Of a DNA stretch of 64,000 nucleotides, positions 22,810 to 34,680 are shown piece after piece. The DNA is taken from assembly GCA_964036045.1 (NCBI GenBank), contig OZ038378.1, forward strand, positions 176,018,001-176,082,000, written 5' to 3'. The notes under the pieces are model-generated. The model was not told the origin of the DNA. It did no database searches and saw nothing but the letters and a program-made list of their open reading frames with translations. This DNA is from Eutreptiella sp. 'Long Island Sound 2002' (Eukaryota; Protista; Euglenida). How positions within the stretch are numbered: position 1 is the first letter of the stretch; the number at the start of each line of letters is the position of its first letter. A program made the position numbers and the translations under genes.

Positions 22810-24897
22810 ATGCAGAGCGCACTGGGGGCGGGTCCCAGTGGTGCAGGGGCCGGTGCGGCTGAGGACACTGTGGGGGAGGGACTGGAGTGGGCTTGCCACG
22901 GGCTGGGCCTGGACGCGCCGCAGCTGCTACTCCCGGCACAGCCGCACCCGAGCCCAGCCCTGCCGCGGGTGCAGCGTCCGTCCCAATTGCCGCAGCGCGA
23001 GCTTCCGTTGTCGGAGCCGCCGCAACCGCGACCACGACCACAATCTGGCTCCGTATCGCAGCTGCGGCAGGCGGATGCCCGGCCCGCGCGGCGATGGTCC
23101 GCCGGACATGTCGGGCGGGGCCAGGCCGGCCAGGCCGGGAGCGCGCGATTATTCCGTCGCACGGAGTCGGCTTCGCGGTGTGGCAGGCCATGGGCCCGGT
23201 CGGCCGCCGCGGCAGGGGAAGAGTCAGGGGAGGTGTGGACAAGGACCAGGAGCGGGGCGCAGGGCAGCCGCAGCCGCAGCCGGAGCCCCAGTACTGAACG
23301 CGCCCGCGGGCGCTCCAAGATGGGGAGCGCCCAGCCCACGGAGCCGAAAAGTGAGAGGCTGAGGCCCGGTGGCCGCAGCCGGAGGTCACTGCCTCCCAAG
23401 AATGGCGGCTCGCGAGGGGCGGTCGCCCCCCCGGAGGCTGATTCGACGCAGGCGGTGGCAGACGGGAACATCGCTGCCCCTGAGGCGCCAAAGGGTCCGA
23501 ATGAACCCGAAGAGTACAGTGTTGATGGTGTTGCTGGTGGTTCCGGGGGTACCGCAGTGTGCAGTGGTGAGCGGCCGCCGACAGGCTACGTCTGCCGATT
23601 GAGGGGGTACATTCAGGACAGTGCTGCTGCGGGGCTTTGCATGGGCTCCGCCTGCGTTTCCAGTGCGGAGACCAGGGCTGGCGCTGCCTGCAGCCCCAGA
23701 GTTGCAACGGTGTCCAGTACAACCGCAGCCCCGGACAAAGGGCTGTGCCGTCCGGGACGAGAGGACGCGGTGCCGGACGTGGGTGACCCGTATCCCCTGC
23801 CCAGTCCGGACCGCACCCGTCACCCCAAGGGCAACCGGCGCCCGAGCCTCAGCCCCACGTCTGACTGCGATCACACTCTGGACGTCGGCCCCACGACCCA
23901 ACCCACGGCTGTGGCAGGTGACCCCACTGCCCCGGGCAGTGCCCCCACTGCGCACGAGGCCGCCCCTCGTGTCCATACGGCACCCCTGGACGTACCCCCA
24001 ACTGCACACCCGACTGCCAACCCGCCTGACCTCCACCCGGACCCAAACCCGGCCCCCGGCGTTGCGTGCGGCACCTCCAGAACCCCCCAACGCCCAAGCC
24101 CTGACCTCCTCCCGAACCCAAGCCCGACTCTTAGCGCGGGCTCTGAGCCTCGCTCCGGCTGCAGCCCGCGCAGAGCCCCTCACGGCGCGAGCCCTGACCG
24201 TACGTGTACCCCTGTCCGCCAGACTGATACGGCCGGGTCTCATCGTTCTGATGGTCCCCTGGACAACAGCGTACATCAACAGCCGCCAGCCCATCGATCT
24301 CCTCTGCTATGCCCCGAGCAACAGCCGCAACCTCCGCCGTTCCCACCGCAGCCGCCTCCTTCCCAATCTCCGTTCTACGACCCTCCGTCCGCAGAAGTGC
24401 CGGAAGGCGAGGTCCTGGACGAGACGGATCTGTGCGATGGCGTCCAGGAACTGGACCGGAGGACTGCCGAACGAGCCGTAGCTGCCCGGGGCAGACCACT
24501 CGGCCTCGCAGACTGTGGGTTCGAATCCCCCATCGTCCCTGAGAGCATGGGTTTGGCGGAGCCGTGCCGGTTCGCGCTGCCGGACCTGGACCTGACGGCA
24601 GCCGGGGCTGACGTTGCTCCGGGCCTCAAAGGGTGCGTCCTGGCAGACGCTGTGGCGCACGCGGCGGGGCCTCAGCGAGACGGCGGGGACGAGGGCGATC
24701 GCGGCGGCTGCCCCTCGCCCGGCGCCGAGGCCCTCCGAGTTTCTGCCTCCGCCATTGCTACAGCAGGTCCGAGCCTCCCCAAACTCCGGGTGCTGATCTA
24801 CGACGACGTGGGGGGCCGCTCCCACAACGAGAAGACCGGGAAGATCTGCGGGTCGGTGCACATATTGCAGTGCATCGCCGAGCACATGCAGTGTCAG
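22810..24897 (+). CDS. Large exon: Pro/Ala/Ser/Arg-rich disordered region ending in the start of a BPL_N (GATase1-like) domain; true 5' end uncertain
   Basis: Open frame 22720-25062; the C-terminal part KLRVLIYDDVGG resembles the first strand of BPL_N (xVLVYxGxG). CAG|gtatcc donor at 24898, phase 0. Confidence 0.7.
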
Positions 24898-26237
24898 GTA
24901 TCCCTCTCATGTACGCGCGCTGGGACAAGAGCAAGGCTGATGACGATGAAGGATGCTGTTTCGGACTGGGGATACTTGCCCCCCAGTCTCACCGATGAGG
25001 TGGCCGACAACACACACCCTCGTATGGCATTTTGGTCAAGTCATGTTGGGTGGACCACTTGAGATGCCCAAACAAGCGGTTTTGGGCTGTTTTGAGCTTG
25101 TGGTGACCAATTGTGGCTCTGAAAAAAAGTGGGCCAATTTGGGACCAACATAGGGTCAAGAGCCCCCCCCCCCCCCTCACCCCAAGTACAACCTGCGTTT
25201 TTTGGTAACAGGAGTAATCGACAGTGGCATGCAGTTAACCAACGGCAGTTGATGGTCAACCGACGCCGACTTGCCGGTGGCTGACAGCGATCCCTGACTG
25301 GCCGGTGTTGAGGTGTAGACGGAATGGAGGCTGGCAGTTTTTCTTTCGTGGCTGAGCGAACAGCCCTGAATGGGGCCCAAGCAGTCCAGGACGCCCCTTT
25401 TCCAGTTATGAGTTGTGTAGGGCAGCACGCAGCATATCATCCACGGGTCGAGTCCCATGGTTCCTATCCTTGACTACCCCCACCCTGCTGAATCCGCTCT
25501 TCTTGCCCGTGGTTCGACTCCGTGCAAAGTTGTTCTGTCCGCAACAAGCCGGCTTCAGTCGAGGATGTCTAGAATGGTGTCACTTGGATTGTGTGATGTG
25601 GCAATGGCTTGATTGTAGACACAGGAAAGATGGGCATCGCCCTAATTTTGCCGTGAGGTCCTCACCCTCCGCTGATTTATCCACCAATGAGGACGGGCAT
25701 GCGACAGGGTGTCGAATGATGACAGACTTTTCTGCTGGAATCCCAACCTTTGTCTTTTTCTTTCTGGCGACCTCAACATAGATGTCCCGGGCGCGACCAT
25801 GTGTCGGGAGACGCCCGCCACAGCCCAGCCCTCGTCCCAACCACGGCTGCCTACACGCGCTATTTTCCTCGTCGAAAGGGTTCCCTACCAACCCCGCCCC
25901 CCCCAAGAAAACGTAGGACGACGGTCCCCGTTAACTGGCAACAAGTGGCCTGACTGTGGGCCCGAACCAGATCGGTAACGGGGCATTACTGAACGGCCAG
26001 ACGGTGTGGAACTAGGCCAAATGGGTGTTTGACGGATAGCAGGGCCAAGGGTTGGCATGGAGCGACCAAACCGTCCGATTTTTGTCCTCAACAGCTTTTT
26101 CAATCGCCAGTGGAACGGACGGAAGCGGTTGGTGCGGGACGGACTCTCAGCGAGGAAGAGAGGGGTCTATCGCCCCTTTCAACCAACCACAGGCCCGGGT
26201 AGGATCGTACTTTTGACTGTCCCTACATTCGGTTTTC

Positions 26238-26273
<36 letters not shown>

Positions 26274-26300
26274 GTGTATGTGTGTGTGTGTGTGTGTGTG
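26238..26300. repeat. (TG)n/(TGTA) microsatellite
   Basis: Read directly. Confidence 0.9.
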
Positions 26301-26864
26301 CCGTGGTGCAGACTGCACGGCTGGTCACTCGACGCTGCTTCTGGTTGTGTTGTCTGCTGCCCCGAACTGCGGTGGTTTGTGGCCGCCTTCCAGTGGGTTA
26401 TGCGGTTCTGCAGCGCTGCATCAGGGCAAGACCGATGTAAACATGCTGTTTGCTGCATTCAATGGGAACTTCGCAGTTTTGGCAGTGAGTGAATTGATGT
26501 ATGTAAGTTGTCCTGGGGTTGCGTGACATGGTAACGCATCCCCCGTGTGGGAATACGCACATGAAGCAAATTGGCGCCATTTTTGCGTGCACCCAGCCAA
26601 CCAATTTGTTGCCGCCAGATTTGCCCTCCCAGCCGCCTTTTCATCGCCTCGGCAACCACTCCTGATGCATTCCCTTCAGCCTCCTGCCCCCTCCAGTGCA
26701 TCCCAGCCGCAGTTCAAATCAAGGCAACGCACACGTTCTTCCCCTTTTTAAGGAATTTCCGGTCCCACTGTGTTACGTGGATCGGCAGCTGCATGCTTTT
26801 GTCTTGTGAATGCATTCTCTCGTCCAGACCTGAGGGGGTGCTCAAGCTGCCTCCCTGCCTTCAG

Positions 26865-27185
26865 GTGGCTGCCTCTGTGGTTCAAGCCCCGAGCATTCGT
26901 CAGGGTGCCCTGCGAAAGGGCGACGTCTTCATTATGCCGGGTGGCATCACGACGCTGCAGGGCCGCGCTATCGGTCGCGTTGGGCGCCACAACATTCGCA
27001 ATTTCGTCGCGGAGGGTGGGGGCTACGTCGGGTTCTGTGCTGGTGCCAACCTCGCGCTTTGCGACCGCTACCCCAACAGCTTGGGCCTGTGCCCGACCGT
27101 CAATTTGGACCCGCATTACCCTGACCCTATTTTTTGGCGCGGCACGGGCTGCGTAGACCTGAATGTCACGCCGCAAGGGCAGGTT
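26865..27185 (+). CDS. BPL_N / class I glutamine amidotransferase-like domain, middle exon
   Basis: DVFIMPGG...GRHNIRNFVAEGGGYVGFCAGANLA carries the PGG and GGxYxGxCAGA nucleophile-elbow motifs. ccttcag|GTG...GTT|gtaagc, phase 0. Confidence 0.85.
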
Positions 27186-28739
27186 GTAAGCCCATCTGCG
27201 CTGCGCTCCCTACCCTGCTGGACTCTCTCCCGTCCTACCCCCCTCAACCTTCACCCTCATACCTCTCATGCCCTTACAACAAAACTTGCCGTGCTCGTTG
27301 ACTGAGACTTTTCCCCGTGTTTGTGGTGTCTAGAAACAGCTCGTGCGTTGCTCCTAGTGGTGTAAACTGGCTATGTACTGGATGGATCTTCCGCCCGTGC
27401 CACTGTGGGACCATGGGAATTTATTGCTTAAACGTACAAGGCACGGGCTGATACAGTGCACGTGACATGAAGTGTTCATGCCACGCCTTCACCGTGCTGT
27501 AGGCAGACCAACAAACCTGTTTCAATCCGATGAGGATGGTGGGCTGGTTTTCATGTGCCCGTTCACTGAATTCGCAGTGGTCCTGCGATGAACCAAGGGG
27601 GGTTGGACTCCAGTGACCATGGCGGTTCAAGGTCCAGCGGACAGGGATGACGGGTGCAGAGTAGGCCAAAGAGTTCTGCATTGATTGGGCTCCTGCCCAA
27701 AAGGGGTCTGTTCACCATTGCAATCCTCTGAGTGGGTGACTGCACCTGCCCAAGGTGGGTTCAGTTGGGTCACCCATGCATGCTGTAGGCAGATAGACCC
27801 CAGTGGCACAACGCTCAACTGTGCGTATCAAGCCTACCCGGCTGTGCTCTGGCAGGATGGGTGTTGGCATAGTGATAGCTCCTGCACTTCAGTATCCAAG
27901 GGATACCATGCGAGTCACAGTTGCAATGTGCTCCAAGGAAGAACCTAGTCGGCACAGTGTGGGAAGAACCCAATTTCAAAAATGTGGGGTGCTGTGAGGA
28001 AGGATCCCATGAGTGGTGGCTCAGCCCGTGACATTTATATTGTGAATTGTTTTGTTTCCGGTGTTGCACCAGCATTCTTAAGTAGGCAATAGGCCCTTCG
28101 TAGAAGGTGGAACATGCAAGGGAACGTCTGTTCTCTGTTTGACTGCTTCATCTGCCCCAATTGGCCACCTTGGACAATTGGGACAACGCTATCAAGCGCT
28201 TGTAGACTGGGCCTCAGTTGCCAAGGCCTTTCATGAAACACAAAGGAAAGGTTTTTAGAATTTGTTTCTTTGGGGGGGAACGCTAGTGCACCAGGCGTGC
28301 ACCGGGCACACACTAGGCATCTTTTTAGGCCGAAATGCTGCTGGCCAACACTATACTAAGCAACCAAGGTGATGCTCCTTAATATGCTTTCCCACCACCA
28401 CTGTGCTCTAGATACCTTAAAGGAAGGGTTATGTCGCCACTTTGATTCCTCTCCGCTTTTTTTTGGGGGGGGGTCAAGGCAATAGTGGTTACTCTTTTGA
28501 TTGCGTCCGCTTGTTTTTCTAGTGCTATTCAGGTTGACCGGCCCATGCGATTACTCTCCATGTTGGAGACCCCAAGAACGCCCAGGTTTTGTCACCATTT
28601 CAGTTTCAGTTTCAGTTTTAGGTCTGCCACTGCCCCTTATGGACCATGGGAACATGTTCCCTCTCATTTTGGAATCCTGTTGCTGCTAGCAACTCAACTG
28701 CCACGCAAGAGCAACACCTCGAAACCACACCACCAGTCC

Positions 28740-29110
28740 TAGCCACAGGAGCTGCTCTTTCTATCTAAAGCACCTCCACTTATCAACAGCACCCCTGCGA
28801 CAACTGGTTCTGCACACAACACCTTTTCTTTGAACCAGCAAATTTGTGCTCCCACCTCCTATCAACAATGCCTCATCATATGCGAAGCACCTCCTCCTCA
28901 TTTACACTATGGTTTGGCTCCAAACGCAGCACTGCTTTCTATGCACAGCAACTCCTCCTATCAACACTATCTTACCTATCCACAGCACTTCCATGTATCT
29001 GTGACCCCTCCAATCCACAGCACCTCCTCCATCTGTCTACAGCAGCTCCCCTATGCATGTCAACTTGTCCTATGCACAGCACCTTCATCTATTCACAAGC
29101 ACTTGTCCCT
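28740..29110 (+). repeat. Degenerate minisatellite, core CCTATCCACAGCACCTCCT
   Basis: Recurrent cacagcac(c/t)tcc and cctatc motifs; same family as 31060-32820. Confidence 0.7.
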
Positions 29111-30590
29111 TCCATAACCACCAATAGGAAGTTTGGAGCCACATGTAGAAAAGAGTGTGGAGGTCATTTTGCCTGAGATGACAATATCACTAGCATCATC
29201 TGTGCACTATGACATCCACACTAGAAATGTTGTCCTTGTCCTGCATGCCCGCACTGACTTGTAGGTTTGCAAGGGTTAATCTTCGAAATTACTGTGAGCA
29301 GCATCACAAATGGATGCCTTGACATGCGGTGGGGACACGACTGGATCCCAAATACGAAAAGCACGGGCTGAAAGTGAGCAGCACGTTTGGTTGCCTACGA
29401 CAACAAACACAATTAGGAAAGGTAAGCTATCTAGGTAGAGAGAGGTGGAGAAAGCAATGCAATATTGCTAGGAGACAAGTTGCAGACCCTTTGATCACAA
29501 GGCCTTACAACCCGTGCCCATCATGGCATTTCAGTACTTGAGACAAACGGGGTGGTGGGCCCCAAACTTAGCAGCCCCACCCGCCCCCGACCCCCCACCC
29601 ACCCATTTTAATTGACGACAATAGGGAACAGCCATTTTGGGCGTCAATGGCGCCGGGAAAAATTGGTTTGGTTTTTGGGTAAAGGGTTCAAAAAAGGGTT
29701 TCACCTGATGTGTCTTTCCCCAAAATTTCAATGGTGGCTTCAAATATCTCATTTATCCCAACTGTAGGGTCTCTTGGCCTGGGGTTATGGAGTCATATTG
29801 ATCTCTCCCCACTTTGGAGACCCCTTGGCTTGGTTCAGCCGTGCATCTACCAGAATACTGTACTATTGTTCATTTATGGTGGATGTTAAAAGAACATTTT
29901 ACCCAACTTGCACATCTTCAAAATGCTTAGAATGAAATGGGACTTCAAAAATGCCCCCAAAACCTAAAAAAGATTTTGACCCCCCCCCCCCTCTTGGAAC
30001 GCGCTGCCCACGCCACAGGGGTTGGAGTCCGGAACTGAACTGAACACCACCCCATGAGCAGCACATATGGTTATTATGTCCACCCTAGGAAGGAATAGGA
30101 CAGTGAAGGCTCTAGTAAGGCCAAGTCTAAAGCCGGTACAAGTTCCACCACGCAGTGCTACCCAGATTTGAACCCTCAGCAAATCAATAGCATACAATGT
30201 GGTGAGTCAAGCCTGAATAGCAACAACATGCGATGGAGCCGCATGTCGATGTGAAGGAAGTGGCAGTGTACATGGCCACGCTAGAATTGAGCCCTTGGAG
30301 CACGGAATCATTGCCATGGAGTGCAGCATGTATGAACCAAGTTCTGCATGCACACCGCATGTGGACCATGGCCATGGCTGTGGAAGCCTAGAATTCAAAT
30401 GCCGGGGTGGGCTTTAATTAGGCGGTGAAAAAATTGATTTGGACAAATTTCAAAGCCCTCCCTCGTACCAAATATTTCCTTCAATTTTAAGGATTCTTTG
30501 TGCCATATTGTGTCAGGGGATGCCATAAGGACACTCACCCTTTTTTTTCCCCTATGACATCCACACTCTGATGTTCAAATTCCGGGAGCT

Positions 30591-30664
30591 CCTGATATAG
30601 CTTAGTTGGTAGTTGTACTAGGTTCTAATTCCCAGGGTTCTGGGTTCAAACCCTGGTGTCTGCA
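30591..30664 (+). pseudogene. Degenerate tRNA-like sequence / SINE head
   Basis: A-box-like TAGCTTAGTTGGTAG and B-box GGTTCAAACCC at tRNA spacing, a T-arm stem and a 3' T7 run. D-stem, anticodon stem and acceptor stem pair poorly. Confidence 0.55.
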
Positions 30665-30744
30665 TTTTTTTCAGCTTCGCTTTTTTGGTTTTTTTTATGT
30701 TTGCATGTTTGCATGTGCATGCACCCCCAGGACATGGATGCTAC

Positions 30745-30856
30745 GAGCCCACCAGGAAATATCAGTAACCATCCAGAGCCCACCAGGAAATAACAGCAAC
30801 CATCCAGAGCCCACCAGGAAATAACAGCAACCATCCAGAGCCCACCCGGAATCCAC
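30745..30856 (+). repeat. 31-bp tandem repeat x3.5 (GAGCCCACCAGGAAATAACAGCAACCATCCA)
   Basis: Units start at 30745, 30776, 30807 and 30838. Confidence 0.9.
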
Positions 30857-31059
30857 AATGAACATCCACTAGGAAGCAGCAGCAAGGGGCCTCATACCAA
30901 AAATTTCCTTCATTTCTAAGGAGCAATACCAATTTTTTACCCCTTAATTTTGGTCATCCGAAAAAAAACCTCTTAAATAAAAGCCCCCCCCGGTGGTCTT
31001 GCACAAGCAAAGTATCTAGCCTGGGAACTTGGGAATCATGGAGAGGGGGCTTAATAGCA

Positions 31060-32820
31060 TTCGGCCCACAAATTTACACTCTGTAAAACACATTCCTTGC
31101 TTCTTCCATGGGAGAAGATGCTATAGGTAGGGCAACTTGATGTGCATGGGAGCGGCCGCTGTAGGAAGCATGAGGTGCTGTGGATAGGAGGAGACTGCGG
31201 GTAGGAGAAGGTGCTATGGATATGCGGAGGCACTGTAGATAGAACCACTTGCTATAGATAGGTGGAGGTGCTGTGCATAGGCCAATTTGCTGCAGATAGG
31301 ACAAGCTACTGAGAGGAGGAAGAGGTGCTGTGAATAAGGCAAATTGCTATGTATATGAGGAAATGTCGTGCATAGGGTGATTTGCTGTGAATAGGAGGAG
31401 GTGCAAGAGATAGGACAATTTGTTATGCACCTATCTCCGACTCATTTCATGCACAGCATCTCCTTGTGTGCACATCGATTTGTCCAATCCATGGCACCTC
31501 CTCCCATGCACAGCACCCACGGCACCTTATACTACCCACAGGATGTTTTCCTCCTACCCACAGCACCTCCTTCTATCTACAACACTTGCACCTTTTCACA
31601 GCATCTTGTCCTTTCCACAACTCCTCCTCTTATGTGCACAGGGAGTTATCTCATCTACAGCATCCTCCTTTCCGCAGCAACGCATCCTGTGCAAAGCATG
31701 TCCACGTATTCATATATCACCTTCTCCTTTCCACAATATCTCTCCCCACCCATAGCACCTCATGCCAGCAGCACATCCTCCTTGTATCGCCTTCTCCGAT
31801 GTATGGCAAGTCGCCCTATCTACCGTTTCTCCTATCCTCAGCACCCCTTGTATTCACAGTGCCTCCTCCTATCCATAGCACTTCCTTGTATCTACAGCAC
31901 AATATCCTGTCCACGGCAAATTGCCCTATCTATAGCGCCTTTTTCCATCCACAGCAACTCGTCCTATGTACAGCAACCCAGCCCATGCACAGCAACTCCT
32001 CTTATGCAAGGTATCTCCTCATTTCCAAAGCAAGGCGTCTTATCTATAGCACCTTCTCCTATCTACACACCTCCCAATATCCATAGCACCTCCTCTTCTC
32101 CACTGCGCCTCTTCCCAGTCACAGCACTTTGTCCTATCCAGAGCCACTCTTTCTATGCACAGCACCTCCGCCGATCCAAAGCACCACCTCCTTGTATGCA
32201 TAGCATTATGTTATTTCCACAGCACGTCTTCCTGGTATCTTCAGCAAATGGTCCCATCCACAGCACTCTCCTGTCCATAGCGCCTCCTCCTATCCAGCAA
32301 CTTGTCCTATCCACAACACCTGTGCCTATGCACAACAACTGGTACTGTCTACAGCACCTGCTCCTGTCCGCAGCACCTCTTCCTAGCCACAGCGCCTCCT
32401 GCCATGCACAGCAAATCACCCAATTCTTTTGCACCTCCGCTTACCCACAGCACCTCCTCCTATTCGCCTCCTCAGCAGCAAATCCTGCGATCCACAGCAC
32501 CTCCAACCTTGTCCTATCAGCAGCAACCCGTCCTATCTACACCCCCCCTTTCCGAGTACACATTACCTCATGCTTTCCACAGCACCTTTTCCTATCAATC
32601 ATTTCTCCTCCGACCCACAGCGACTCATCCTCTCAACACCGCCTGCTCCTCGCCTCGTCCTATCGACAGCACATCAGCCCATTCGCAGCACCTCCTGCTC
32701 CTATCCACAGCAACGAGTTTTATGCACAGCACCTCAGCAACGCATCCTATCCACAGCACCTCCTCCCATCAACACCAGCCTCGTCCTATAGACAGCACCT
32801 CGTCCGCATAAGCGCAGCAC
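31060..32820. repeat. Degenerate CCTATCCACAGCACCTCCT minisatellite; reverse orientation ~31060-31400, forward ~31420-32820
   Basis: ggtgctgtggataggaggag units switch to cctatccacagcacctcct units near 31415; the array runs up to the 3' splice site at 32837. Confidence 0.8.
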
Positions 32821-32837
32821 GTCCTTCGATCCATCAG

Positions 32838-33170
32838 GCGATTCTGGGCGCTGCCACGCTGCACCGCGTGTGCTACTTCAACGGGCCACTGCTCGGCAGC
32901 GTGCCAGTGCAGGTCAACCCCAAAGCGCCTCTGTGGCCCTGTGATATGGAGGTGATTGCGACGTTCCGGGAGACCCAACCGCTAGCGCGCAAGCACCCGC
33001 TGCCCGAGGATGCGCTCGCGATGGGCGGCACTGCGGCGATTGTGGGCTGCAGTTTCGGCAAAGGCAAAGTGGTGGTGTCGAGCGTGCACTTGGAGAAGCC
33101 CACTTGCCCCAGATGGGAGCGGCACTCGCGCAGCCTTGCGGCGCTTGTGGCATGGGTGGCCCCTCGCTAA
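32838..33170 (+). CDS. BPL_N / GATase-like domain, last exon
   Basis: ccatcag|GCG; RVCYFNGP, AAIVGCSFGKGKVVVSSVHLE correspond to the BPL_N YxNGP, A-V-x-x-x-x-GxGxV and HxE motifs; ends at TAA 33170. Confidence 0.85.
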   Translation, partial: AILGAATLHRVCYFNGPLLGSVPVQVNPKAPLWPCDMEVIATFRETQPLARKHPLPEDALAMGGTAAIVGCSFGKGKVVVSSVHLEKPTCPRWERHSRSLAALVAWVAPR

Positions 33171-33929
33171 CAGGGCGACGGTTGGCCGCATTTCGCGGAA
33201 GTAATCGACGGCGTTTGGAGGTCAGCTCCGGAGCAACTGGGCTCTCGCCGTCGTGGAGGACTTTCCAAAAATATCTCCTTTTCTCTCTGCTCAGAAATTA
33301 TACCCTGTTCCCCATTCCGATGCCGTTGGTTGCCTTCAACCGGCTATCGGTCACTCATGGACAGTCTACGGTCGCCGGCCAATGGCCATGAACCATCAGC
33401 AGTCTGCTGTTGCTTGTTGTGTGTGAGTATAAGCCTGGGAAATGGGCAACGGCAGCAGGCCAACCGGCGGCAACTGGATATCAACAGGCGGCCCGTTGGC
33501 GGGTAAGCGAAAGCAGTGGGCAAGTGGCTGACGGCCGTCGGCAGTTGTCCGATTTGTAGGTTCATCTACGGGATTGGGATTCGTTGCCATGGGGACTCGT
33601 GACTCCAATAGGACAAAGCAGCTGCATTTAAAGGGCGCGGATGCCCTGGCGCAATCCCGCTCGTTGAGGCTGAATTTGCTTCGTGGCCCCCAACACTGCC
33701 TGGCGCACGGGGCATCGAAAGCATTTTGCTGGAGTCTATTGCGCTGGACGCTCAAGACCGCCCATCGCAATGCAACTGGAGCCTATTCAATCCGTAGGTC
33801 AAATGACCAGCATCCGTACGCCAAGCTGTCACTTATTTGCAAACCACCATTGCTTTAGCATTAAACATCGGTTGGTCGCCGACGGGCGGTGTGCACGTAA
33901 ACAGGTCAAGGCATACTTGGCCCTAGCGT

Positions 33930-34680
33930 CCGTTTTCAGGCGGCTATGCGTCCGTTTGCGTCCGTTTGTGTTTGCAGGGGCGTCCATTTGCGTCCGTTTT
34001 GCTGTTGCATCAGGAATTCCGGAACCCTTTGTGCTGCGTCCAATTGTGGTGTTTATTGGTACGGCACCGGAGGGGTGGGGTCCAAGGGGGGCCGCTAGGC
34101 TCGGTCCTAGTGCCCCCCCCCCCCCCCCCAGGGTTTTGATAGATAGTGCCCCTGGGTATGCTCGCGCCAACGGCGCCCGAGGAACTTTTCTGTCCTTGGT
34201 TCAGGAGGATTTTTGGGGGGTTGCCCACTTTTGGGCTCTTCGGACGCCGATGGTCACACCGTGCGTTCCTTTTTTTACCCAGATACACCTTTCTTTTAGT
34301 TGCTGTGCACTCAGAGTCATGTGAACACCCCAAATGTCTCTCAATTTTGGAAAAAACCACCCTCTACATGGTCCTTGAGCACCACTGCACTAGATCCAGA
34401 CATTGGTCTAGTTGTATGTGCGCTAAGCACACAGTATATTGATGTTGGTTCAACTCCTATTGTAACCAATCTCACCCCTCCTGTAGTAGTCTGGACGGGT
34501 GAGCTAGAGGTTCCCAAGGCCTCCCTGCTACGAGCAAAAGATGTGAGGGCACAGCACACAACTTGTAAGTGCAGCCAAGTTGCGTCCGTTTTCATCCGTT
34601 TTTTGGCTTCGGGTGCGTCCGTTTGCGTCCGTTTTCAGTTTTGGGGGGCGTCCGTTGCCGTCCAGTTAAACCGGACGCTA
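33930..34680 (+). repeat. Two clusters of GCGTCCGTTT repeats (33930-34010, 34580-34680)
   Basis: Read directly; both clusters are in the same orientation. Confidence 0.6.

Larger units (their letters stand above)
30402..30993. mobile_element. MITE-like element with ~25-bp imperfect TIR (CCGGGG.GGGCTTT..TTA.G.GG), possible 2-bp TSD TG; carries a tRNA-like sequence and a 31-bp tandem array
   Basis: tg|ccggggtgggctttaattaggcgg ... cctcttaaataaaagccccccccgg|tg. Confidence 0.6.

Noticed and set aside
22577-24481. Long overlapping ORFs in other frames and on the minus strand (381, 264, 302, 286 aa)
   Set aside because: Shadow ORFs of a GC-rich coding exon.
30615-30635. Amber-suppressor (CUA anticodon) reading of the tRNA-like sequence
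   Set aside because: The anticodon loop is 8 nt with a mismatched stem and the D and acceptor stems are broken, so no anticodon can be assigned. All reconstructed genes use TAG/TAA/TGA as normal stops.
31401-33170. 589-aa ORF as a real single-exon protein
   Set aside because: The first ~479 codons are minisatellite that is also open in other frames; a clean AG at 32837 gives an in-phase splice from exon 2.
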